A stretch of 64,000 nt of DNA from Rhodothermales bacterium (GTDB lineage Bacteria > Bacteroidota > Rhodothermia > Rhodothermales > JANQRZ01). The DNA lies in the NCBI GenBank assembly GCA_965215145.1, contig OZ244038.1, positions 1,665,760 through 1,729,759 on the forward strand, written 5' to 3'. Each line of letters begins with the position of its first letter. The stretch's first letter is position 1. The notes under the pieces are model-generated. The model had not been told where the DNA came from, did not search any database, and saw nothing but the letters and a program-made list of their open reading frames with translations. A program made the position numbers and the translations under genes. Positions 58,201-64,000 of the stretch are shown piece after piece.

Positions 58201-58366
58201 CCCGACGGACCAGGCCGTCGCCTACCGCGCGGAGGTGGTCGAAGAAATCGACCGGGCGCTGGCGCGGCTGCGGGGCGTGTTCGCCGAAGAGGTCGAGGCG
58301 TTCAACGCGCTCGTCCGCCAGCAGGCCCTCCCGACGGTTGTCGTGCCGGACGAAGGGGCGGAGTAG
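55232..58366 (+). CDS. Secreted BNR/Asp-box (sortilin/VPS10-like) multi-propeller protein
   Basis: GTG start with a signal peptide. Many Asp-box repeats are present (TTDGGGTWD, SDDAGRTW, STDGGETW, TTDGGETW, SDDAGATW, STDGGETF, FDGGETW, SDDLGQSW, TRDGGETW, TTDWGRTW, FDDGARW). Confidence 0.85.
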   Translation: MRLLLVVVLLAFAAPHAFAQPEASDPDSSLFAALEYRLVGPFRGGRASGVAGVFGDPLTYYFAATGGGVWKTTDGGGTWDNVSDGHFGGSMGSVAVAPSDPNVVYAGGGEKSLRGNVSPGWGAWRSDDAGRTWQRIGPADWQHVPRMTVHPRDANTVYAAVLGHTFGPNAERGVFRSTDGGETWQKILFVSEDVGAFELEMHPANPRVLYASMWRARRTPYSFSSGGEGSSIWKTTDGGETWKDITDRPGLPGGVWGISAVSVSPADPDRVFALVENKEGGLFRSDDAGATWRRVSADRNLRQRAWYFTRLQADPEDPDGVWVLNVQLWRSTDGGETFEDVPTPHVDHHDMWIAPEDPDRIVIADDGGGQVTFDGGETWSTYFNQPTAQFYRVTTDNHTPYRIYGAQQDNSTVRILHRSEGGAIQERHWEPTAGGESGYLAPHPDNPDLVFGGSYGGFLMMRNHETAEERIVNVWPENPIGAAAGDLRIRFQWNFPLFFSRWQGPATGDHPLYAAGNRLYRSDDLGQSWQPVSPDLTRADPATLDSSGGPITQDNTSVEYYGTVFAVGESVHDPSTMWAGSDDGLVHLTRDGGETWQDVTPPASVLPEYAQINAVEPHPFEPGGLYVAATRYKTDDFRPYLLRTTDWGRTWTRIDAGIPEHHFTRVVRADPARPGLLFAGTEAGIYVSFDDGARWRPLQRNLPVVPITDLALKDGDLVVATQGRSFWVLDDYTPLRRLSPGTDRAAFELLPPRPSMRIDGDRAEGLRTAGTNPPNGVFLYYHLAEAPDSAAVALRVLEADGTLIESFTPTAEDEGERLPVAAGLNRFVWDRTYPGAEDFEGNVMWGGRLAGPEAVPGRYLARLVVGEDSVEVPFEVVPDPRASATPEDYQAQFAFLAEVRDKLSETHRAITRLRATREQVNDYLARLPEDAAGADTVRAAGEALVEELTAVEEALYETRNESRQDPLNFGIKLNNQLAALAGLTSFGDFRPTDQAVAYRAEVVEEIDRALARLRGVFAEEVEAFNALVRQQALPTVVVPDEGAE

Positions 58367-58380
58367 CGACTGGACGTAGC

Positions 58381-59448
58381 TCAGGCGGAGCCCCCGTCCG
58401 CCTCTTCGTCTGAGGGCTCGCTTTCAATGCGGACTGCCCGCCCATTGAGAATCTCGTAGCCCGGTGGGGGCCACTGCTCGCGAGGGTCGGGCATCCACTC
58501 CTCATAACCGAGCCCGCCAATCCAGGAGCCAATGAGGTCCTCTTGTTTGAAGCGGGCGCTCTGAAGGGCGCTCACGCTATATCGGTCGCCATCAAAGTGT
58601 ACTACCCGTCTGATTCGGAGGCGGGTCCCCCAGAGGAAGGCTCCCAAAAGGTTAACCTCTTCAAAGTTTGCCTCTTCGAGGTTGGCCTTTGTGAGGTCGG
58701 CCTCGGCGAGGTTAACCCTTACGAGGTTAGCCCCCGTGAAGTTGGCCCCTCTGAGGTTGGCCCCTGCGAGATGGAACCCGAGCAGACGGTAGCTCCGGAG
58801 CCAGACACCCTCCAAATCGATCCTCCTTTGCTCCTGCTCCACTTTGTGAGGAGCCTCGCGCCCGATCACCGATAATGCTGCCTGGATATCCGTCTGAGTC
58901 CGATAGATACCAGGATCGTCCTCTGGATCTCGCCCCAACGGGCGGTTCGCTTGACTCGTTGCCTTCTCCCGCACGAAGGCGCAGAGCACATCAAGCACCG
59001 TCTGGTAGTCCTTCTGCGAGTCGTGGGCGATGCGGCCGAGGGCGTAGATCCCGCCGAGGCGGATTTCGAGGCGGTCGCTGCCAAGTTGCTCGATAGCACG
59101 GGTGAACCGCTCGGTGACCTGCCCCTCCTCGGCGACCCGGAGCGTCTCGCGGTTCGCTTCCTCATTGATCCGGTTCGCCGCCTCCATCGCACGGATTCGA
59201 CGGTAGGTAAGAACGAGACCTCCGATGATGACGAGGCCGCCGACGAGTTGAATGAGCGTCCGGCGGTACTCGTTGGCAACCTCGACGTAAGCCTCGGACT
59301 CCGCACGCCCGAACCGAATGTCCGTTTCGGCCCGCATCTCGGGAAAGACCCAGATGAAGGCGAGGAGGATCGCCAGGGCAAGCGCGCCCGAAAGCAGGTT
59401 GATGGTGGCCGCTATGCGAGCGTCGGTGCTGCGGTCGTCCTGGGGCAT
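58381..59448 (-). CDS. Membrane-anchored pentapeptide-repeat protein
   Basis: Two N-terminal TM helices are present. The central LGGIYALGRIAHDS region is followed by LAGANLRGANFTGANLVRVNLAEADLTKANLEEANFEEVNLLGAFL. The GC content looks lower than the surroundings by eye. Confidence 0.85.
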   Translation of the reverse strand: MPQDDRSTDARIAATINLLSGALALAILLAFIWVFPEMRAETDIRFGRAESEAYVEVANEYRRTLIQLVGGLVIIGGLVLTYRRIRAMEAANRINEEANRETLRVAEEGQVTERFTRAIEQLGSDRLEIRLGGIYALGRIAHDSQKDYQTVLDVLCAFVREKATSQANRPLGRDPEDDPGIYRTQTDIQAALSVIGREAPHKVEQEQRRIDLEGVWLRSYRLLGFHLAGANLRGANFTGANLVRVNLAEADLTKANLEEANFEEVNLLGAFLWGTRLRIRRVVHFDGDRYSVSALQSARFKQEDLIGSWIGGLGYEEWMPDPREQWPPPGYEILNGRAVRIESEPSDEEADGGSA

Positions 59449-59580
59449 CGGTTGGGCAGAGGGCTACTCGGCGAATCTACCGCGTGCGGTTGAGGCAGAG
59501 TCGGCGGCGGACCACCACGGCCGTGGCGCCGTTGACAAACCGGACGGCCACCGTCGTGGCGGAAGAGTGAGCGGTGGATC

Positions 59581-59615
59581 AACGAAAAACGCCCTCCACA
59601 CCACCGTGGAGGGCG
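59581..59615 (-). terminator. Intrinsic terminator downstream of tRNA-Asn
   Basis: The minus strand reads CGCCCTCCAC-GGTGGT-GTGGAGGGCG followed by TTTTTCGTT. Confidence 0.7.
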
Positions 59616-59629
59616 TTTCGGTACCGCTG

Positions 59630-59701
59630 CTCCCCGGGTAGGATTCGAACCTACGACCCTGCGGTTAACAGCCGCATGCTCTACCGCTGAGCTACCGAGG
59701 A
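59630..59701 (-). tRNA. tRNA-Asn (anticodon GTT)
   Basis: I hand-folded a 72-nt cloverleaf. The acceptor is TCCTCGG/CCGGGGA (one G-U pair). The anticodon arm is TGCGG-CTGTTAA-CCGCA. The T-arm is GTAGG-TTCGAAT-CCTAC. No CCA is encoded. Confidence 0.9.
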
Positions 59702-59732
59702 AAGTCCGTCACGGATTTCCGAGCGGGGGCGG

Positions 59733-59740
59733 CAAAGGTA
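59733..59740 (-). promoter_or_regulatory. Candidate -7 promoter box TACCTTTG (TAnnTTTG type) for tRNA-Asn
   Basis: It is an exact match to the Bacteroidota sigma-A -7 consensus TAnnTTTG on the minus strand, 32 nt upstream of the mature tRNA 5' end. Confidence 0.4.
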
Positions 59741-59907
59741 CGGCGCGCCCGCGCGCGGCGGCAAGCCCAACGGGCCCGCCCGGCTAGCCTTACCCGTTCA
59801 TTCACCGAGCGGCGGCGGCAGCGGAAGCGATCCAGAGGGCTCCGGGAAGATGCCGTGATTCAACGGCTGCCGCGGAGAAGCGCGTTGCGGTCCCAGTACC
59901 GACTGCG

Positions 59908-59915
59908 TAGTTTTG
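59908..59915 (+). promoter_or_regulatory. Candidate -7 promoter box TAGTTTTG (TAnnTTTG type) for tRNA-Leu
   Basis: It is an exact consensus match 11 nt upstream of the tRNA-Leu 5' end. A TTG lies 20 nt upstream at 59885-59887. Confidence 0.5.
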
Positions 59916-59925
59916 GGCTCGCCCT

Positions 59926-60009
59926 GCCCAAGTGGCGGAACTGGTAGACGCGCAGCATTCAGGATGCTGTGGGCGTAAGCCCGTGGAGGTTCGAGTCCTC
60001 TCTTGGGCA
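59926..60009 (+). tRNA. tRNA-Leu (anticodon CAG), long variable arm
   Basis: The acceptor is GCCCAAG/CTTGGGC. The anticodon arm is CAGCA-TTCAGGA-TGCTG. The variable arm is TGGGCGTAAGCCCGT. The T-arm is GGAGG-TTCGAGT-CCTCT. Confidence 0.9.
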
Positions 60010-60020
60010 CCGACCGTACG

Positions 60021-60063
60021 GAAGCAGGCCCCCGTCGCGTTCGGGGGCCTGCTTCTCGTTTAT
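60021..60063 (+). terminator. Intrinsic terminator downstream of tRNA-Leu
   Basis: A perfect 13-bp stem GAAGCAGGCCCCC/GGGGGCCTGCTTC with a 9-nt loop is followed by TCGTTTAT. Confidence 0.7.
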
Positions 60064-60074
60064 CCCCAGTCGCC

Positions 60075-60980
60075 ATGCGCCTCTCCCCCTCCGCGGTCGC
60101 CCTCGCCGGCGCGCTCCTAGGCCTCGCCTGCGGCACCGATGGCGCGCCGTCCCCCACCGGCTCGGCCGAGCCCGCGCCGCCCTACACCTTTGCCGCACCA
60201 GACATGCTCGTGGAGTTGCCCGGCCGGCTCGACGAGGTCTCCGGCCTCGCGTGGCTCGGCGACGGGCGGCTCGCGGCGGTGCAGGACGAGAAGGGGGACC
60301 TCTTCGTCCTCGACGCGGCCACGGGCGAGGTCGTGGGGGAGGTGGACTTCGGGTCGGGCGGGGACTACGAGGGCGTCGAGCGCGCGGGGGCCGACGGGCC
60401 GCTGTGGGTCCTCCGCAGCGACGGCACGCTGTTCCGCCTCGACGGGTGGGCCGGCGACCGGGCCGACGCGGAGGCCGTGGCGACGGGGATGCACGCCGGC
60501 TGCGACGCCGAGGGCCTCGCCTTCCAGCCCGACCCGGACCGGCTGCTCGTCGCGTGCAAGGAGGCGGCGGGGCGCGGGCTCGACGGCCGCGCCGTTTACG
60601 GCTTTCGCCTCGCCACCGGCGCCCTCTCGCCCGGCCCCGTGCTCACCCTCGACGTCGAGGACCTGGAGCGGCGCCTGGGGCGCAGCGGCTCCGCTGCGCG
60701 CCGGCTGGCGAGCCCCCTCGGGGAGCTGAGCCCGTTCAAGCCGTCGGCGCTGGCACTGCACCCGCTCACGGGCGAGCTGTGGGTGCTCTCGTCCGTGGCG
60801 AAGGCCGTCGCGGTGGTGCAGCCGGGCGGGGCGGTCCGGGCGGTGTGGGCGCTACCGGACGGGCTGTTCCGCCAGCCCGAGGGGCTTACCTTTGCGCCCG
60901 ATGGCACCCTCTTTGTTGCCAGCGAGGCACGCGGCAAAAAAGCCGTGCTTGCCCGCTATCGCTACCAGCCCGCCCCATGA
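60075..60980 (+). CDS. SdiA-regulated/YjiK-like beta-propeller lipoprotein
   Basis: Lipobox ALLGLACG is present. LDEVSGLAWLGDGRLAAVQDEKGDLFVLD, DYEGVE and PEGLTFAPDGTLFVASE are present. Confidence 0.7.
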   Translation: MRLSPSAVALAGALLGLACGTDGAPSPTGSAEPAPPYTFAAPDMLVELPGRLDEVSGLAWLGDGRLAAVQDEKGDLFVLDAATGEVVGEVDFGSGGDYEGVERAGADGPLWVLRSDGTLFRLDGWAGDRADAEAVATGMHAGCDAEGLAFQPDPDRLLVACKEAAGRGLDGRAVYGFRLATGALSPGPVLTLDVEDLERRLGRSGSAARRLASPLGELSPFKPSALALHPLTGELWVLSSVAKAVAVVQPGGAVRAVWALPDGLFRQPEGLTFAPDGTLFVASEARGKKAVLARYRYQPAP

Positions 60981-63900
60981 CCGGTATCCGCCACCGCCGG
61001 ATCACGCTGCACCGCCTTCTCACGCCTGCCCTCGCCCTCCTACTCGCCGGCTGTGCCTCGTCGGGCGCGTTCGTCGAGCGGGGCTACCGGGACCAGCCGG
61101 AGCCGCCGGCCGAGGCGCCGGCCTTCCGGGTCTTCCTGATCGGCGAGACGGCGCTGCCAGAGGGCCGCGAGGCGTCGCCCGCGCTCGACCTCCTCGCCGA
61201 GCGGCTCCGCGACGCCGGCGAGAACAGCGCCGTCGTCTTCCTCGGGGACCAGCTCCGCCGGCCGTTGCCGGACTCCGGCTCCGCCGACCGGGCCGCGCGC
61301 GAGGCCCAGCTCCGACGGGTCGTGGACGCCGTCGAGGGGTTCGCCGGCGAGGTCTTCGTCGTCCCCGGCCGGAACGACTGGGGGGAGGGGCCCGACGGCG
61401 CCGAGGCGCTGGAGCGCGAGGCCGACTTCTTCGAGCAGGCCCTCGGCGAGGACGTGGTCCTCCCCGAGGACGGCCTGCCGGGCCCCGCCGTCGTCAAGCT
61501 CGCCGCCGGCTTCCGCCTCGTCGCGCTCGACACCGAGTGGTGGTTCCGCGACCCCACCCAGCGTCCGACCGGCGACGACGCCGAGAGCGAGATCGACGTG
61601 GTCGTCGCGATGCAGGACGTGATCGACGAGTACGACGACGACCGGCTCCTCGTCGTCAGCCACTACCCGCTCCTCGCCAACGGGCCGCACGGGGGGCGGT
61701 TCACGCTACGCGAGCACCTCTTCCCGCTCACCGAGCTCGTCCCCGGCGCCTACCTCCCGCTCCCCGTCGTCGGCTCGGTTTACCCCCTCTACCGCGCCTA
61801 CGTCGGCGGCCCGCGCGATCTCGCCGCCGGGCGGTACCGCGCGCTGCGCGAGGCGTTGCTGACGGTGATGGAGGGCGCCGACGCCGTGGTCTACGCCGCC
61901 GCCCACGAGCGCGGCCTCCAGTACACCCTCTACGCCACCGGCAAGAACGGGCGGAAGCGGCAGCACCACGTCCTCAGCGGGAGCGCCGGCGGCGCGCAGC
62001 CCCTCGCCCCCGGCTACGGCGCCGCCTTCGCCCACGGCACCGAGGGCTTCGCCGTGCTCGATTACTACGACGACGGCCGGCTGTGGCTCACGTTCCTCGA
62101 CGCTGAGGCCGCCGCCCGCGGCGAGGACCCGCTCGCGTTCCGCACCCGCCTCGAAGGCCCCCTCCGCGAGCGGATCGACCCGGAGGTCCCCGGCGAGCCC
62201 ACCCTCGCTGAGCGCCCGGTCTACGCCGACTCCATCCGCATCGCCGTCGCCGACCCGAACCGGGCGAAGGGGCCGATCTACCGAGCCTTCTTCGGGACGA
62301 ACTACCGCGCGGCGTGGACGGCGCCCGTCGAGGCCCCCGTGCTCGACCTCGGCGTCGAGGCCGGCGGGCTGACGCCGGTCAAGCGCGGCGGCGGGTTCCA
62401 GACGGTCTCGCTGCGCGTCGAGAACGAGGAGGGGAAGGAGTACGTGCTGCGCCAGGTCAAGAAGGACGTCCGGCTGACCCTCCCCGAGCAGCTCCACGAC
62501 ACCTTCGCCGCCGACGTCTTCGGCGACCAGATCACGACCTCGAACCCGTACGCCGCCTACGTCGTCCCCGGCCTCGCCGACGCCGCCGGCATCTACCACA
62601 CCTCGCCTCGCCTCGCCCTCGTCCCCGACGACCCCCTCCTCGGCCGCTACCGCGAGCTCTTCGCCGACCGCCTCGTGCTCTTCGAGGAGCGGCCCGACGA
62701 CGAGCACATGGCCGAGGACCCGAACTACGGGTTCGCCCCGGACATCGTCTCGAAGGACAAGGTCCGCGCCGAGACCCGCGACGACAACGACCACCGCGTC
62801 GATCAGCCGTTCTTCCTCCGGAACCGGCTCTTCGACTTCCTCATCGGGGACTGGGACCGCCACCCGGACCAGTGGCGCTGGGCCGCCTTCGAGCCCTACC
62901 AGCTCGACCCCACGCTGACCGGCGAGGCCCGCACCGAGGGGAAGGTCTACCGCGCCATCCCCCGCGACCGCGACCAGGCGTTCTTCACCGTCGGGGGCCT
63001 CGTCCCCCGCCTCGTCCAGCGCATCGACCCCCGCCTCCAGGACTTCGACGAGGGCTTCGGCGACATCGTCGGGTTCACGGCCAACTCGATCCACCAGGAC
63101 CGCCGGTTCCTGTCGGCGCTCTCCCGCGAGGACTGGATCGCCGTGGCCGAGGAGCTGCAGGCGGCGATGACCGACGAGGCGATCCGCGAGGCGCTCGGCG
63201 TGTGGCACGAGATGGGGGTCTACGAGGCCAGCCAGGGCGACCGCGTCTTCCGCACCCTCCAGGCCCGCCGCGACGGGCTCGTGGAGGCCGCCGAGGAGTA
63301 CTACGAGGTCCTCGCCCGCGCCGTGGACGTGCTCGGCTCGGACAAGCACGAGCGGTTCGTCGTCGAGCGCCTCCCCGGCGGCGACCTCGACGTGACGGTC
63401 TACAAGACGACGAAGGAGGGGGAGGACCGCAGAATCATCTACCAACGCCGGTTCTTCGAGGACGAGACGGAGGAGGTCCGCCTCTTCGGCTTCGGCGGGC
63501 GCGACCGGTTCGAGCTGGTGGGGGACGAGCCGACGGGGATCTTCGTCCGCGTGATCGGCGGGGCGGGGGAGGACGCCTTCGCTGACGCGACCACCCGGCG
63601 CGGCGTGGGGGGCGACGTCCGCTACTACGACACGGCCGAGGGGAACGCCGTCGAGCGCGCGCCGGGCACGCGGCTGTGGCTCTCGAACGACCCCGCCGTG
63701 AACCTCTACGACGAGTGGAACTACCTCCCGCCGTTCCGGCAGTTCTACCCCTTCTTCGGGTACAACGACGTGGACGGCCTCTTCCTCGGGGCCGGCGTCG
63801 CCTTCACGAAGCCCGGCTTCCGCAAGGGCCCCTACGCCCGCCGCCAGAGCCTCGCCGCCAACGTCTCGACGCTGACGACCGCCGTGAACGCGCGCTACGA

Positions 63901-64000
63901 CGGGCACTGGGTGGACGCCGTCGCCCGCGGCTGGGACACCCGCGTCTCCCTCGGTCTGGAGAGCCCGCAGAGCGTCCGCAACTTCTTCGGGATCGGGAAC
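60977..64000 (+). CDS. Metallophosphoesterase-domain lipoprotein fused to a large C-terminal region resembling BamA/surface-antigen-associated proteins (3' end beyond window)
   Basis: It is not in the ORF track because there is no stop in the window. I translated it by hand from the ATG at 60977 (ATGA overlap with the previous stop): MTGIRHRRITLHRLLTPALALLLAGCASSG...FRVFLIGE...VVFLGDQL...VVPGRNDWGEG...LLVVSHYPL...AAHERGLQY...FLIGDWDRHPDQWRW... The frame stays open for 1008 codons with normal composition. Confidence 0.8.
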   Translation, partial: MTGIRHRRITLHRLLTPALALLLAGCASSGAFVERGYRDQPEPPAEAPAFRVFLIGETALPEGREASPALDLLAERLRDAGENSAVVFLGDQLRRPLPDSGSADRAAREAQLRRVVDAVEGFAGEVFVVPGRNDWGEGPDGAEALEREADFFEQALGEDVVLPEDGLPGPAVVKLAAGFRLVALDTEWWFRDPTQRPTGDDAESEIDVVVAMQDVIDEYDDDRLLVVSHYPLLANGPHGGRFTLREHLFPLTELVPGAYLPLPVVGSVYPLYRAYVGGPRDLAAGRYRALREALLTVMEGADAVVYAAAHERGLQYTLYATGKNGRKRQHHVLSGSAGGAQPLAPGYGAAFAHGTEGFAVLDYYDDGRLWLTFLDAEAAARGEDPLAFRTRLEGPLRERIDPEVPGEPTLAERPVYADSIRIAVADPNRAKGPIYRAFFGTNYRAAWTAPVEAPVLDLGVEAGGLTPVKRGGGFQTVSLRVENEEGKEYVLRQVKKDVRLTLPEQLHDTFAADVFGDQITTSNPYAAYVVPGLADAAGIYHTSPRLALVPDDPLLGRYRELFADRLVLFEERPDDEHMAEDPNYGFAPDIVSKDKVRAETRDDNDHRVDQPFFLRNRLFDFLIGDWDRHPDQWRWAAFEPYQLDPTLTGEARTEGKVYRAIPRDRDQAFFTVGGLVPRLVQRIDPRLQDFDEGFGDIVGFTANSIHQDRRFLSALSREDWIAVAEELQAAMTDEAIREALGVWHEMGVYEASQGDRVFRTLQARRDGLVEAAEEYYEVLARAVDVLGSDKHERFVVERLPGGDLDVTVYKTTKEGEDRRIIYQRRFFEDETEEVRLFGFGGRDRFELVGDEPTGIFVRVIGGAGEDAFADATTRRGVGGDVRYYDTAEGNAVERAPGTRLWLSNDPAVNLYDEWNYLPPFRQFYPFFGYNDVDGLFLGAGVAFTKPGFRKGPYARRQSLAANVSTLTTAVNARYDGHWVDAVARGWDTRVSLGLESPQSVRNFFGIGN

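Noticed and set aside
58367-58400. att-site duplication of the tRNA-Asn 3' end at the far side of the pentapeptide-repeat patch
   Set aside because: I looked for a copy of CTCCCCGGGTAGGATTCGAACC or its core near the BNR gene stop and saw none. An integrative-element interpretation is therefore unsupported beyond composition and tRNA adjacency.

Overview
This 64-kb window comes from a very GC-rich chromosome; a host coding line I hand-counted is 77% GC. I support about 58 protein-coding genes and two divergently oriented tRNA genes (Asn-GTT, Leu-CAG). I found no rRNA, no CRISPR and no recognisable integrase or transposase. The gene content suggests a Bacteroidota/Rhodothermota-like (FCB group) organism, which is an inference: T9SS-type C-terminal sorting domains, S46/M14/M16 peptidases, SBBP and BNR propellers, a metallophosphoesterase-BamA-like fusion, TAnnTTTG-like promoter boxes and few Shine-Dalgarno sites. 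Core genes are the recA 3' part, PAP2, GDPD, RidA, a B12/siderophore-type ABC binding protein plus permease, a lipid kinase, a sigma54 activator, deoC, ppgK, egtB-egtD, OsmC, secreted peptidases, two tandem PhoD phosphatases, GH31, VIT-vWA, yggS-divIVA, PNP, cystathionine beta-synthase, a hybrid histidine kinase, lon, rsgA and a class D beta-lactamase. Because of the GC content, the six-frame track is dominated by long spurious antisense or out-of-frame ORFs rich in Arg/Gly/Pro/Ala. Many real genes start well inside the listed ORFs. One real gene (60977 to the window end) is missing from the track because it has no stop codon in the window. The observations most worth a second look are: (1) a low-GC ~1.2-kb single-gene insertion encoding a cytoplasmic trypsin-like protease with a winged-helix-like N-terminus, bounded by an imperfect duplication of the 3' end of the adjacent NIF3-family gene; (2) a perfect 18-copy tandem array of a 14-bp unit directly upstream of a SPOR lipoprotein gene, inside an unusually repeat-dense 527-bp noncoding region; (3) at least three families of intergenic repeats or hairpins, one of which supplies the stop codons of convergent genes; (4) three further lower-GC patches (Cys-rich lipoprotein plus small membrane protein; DUF4160/DUF2442 pair plus an ExbD-like remnant where an ABC ATPase gene would be expected; a membrane pentapeptide-repeat protein next to tRNA-Asn). 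I cannot show from sequence alone that any of these is a new functional system. The protease island is my best candidate.
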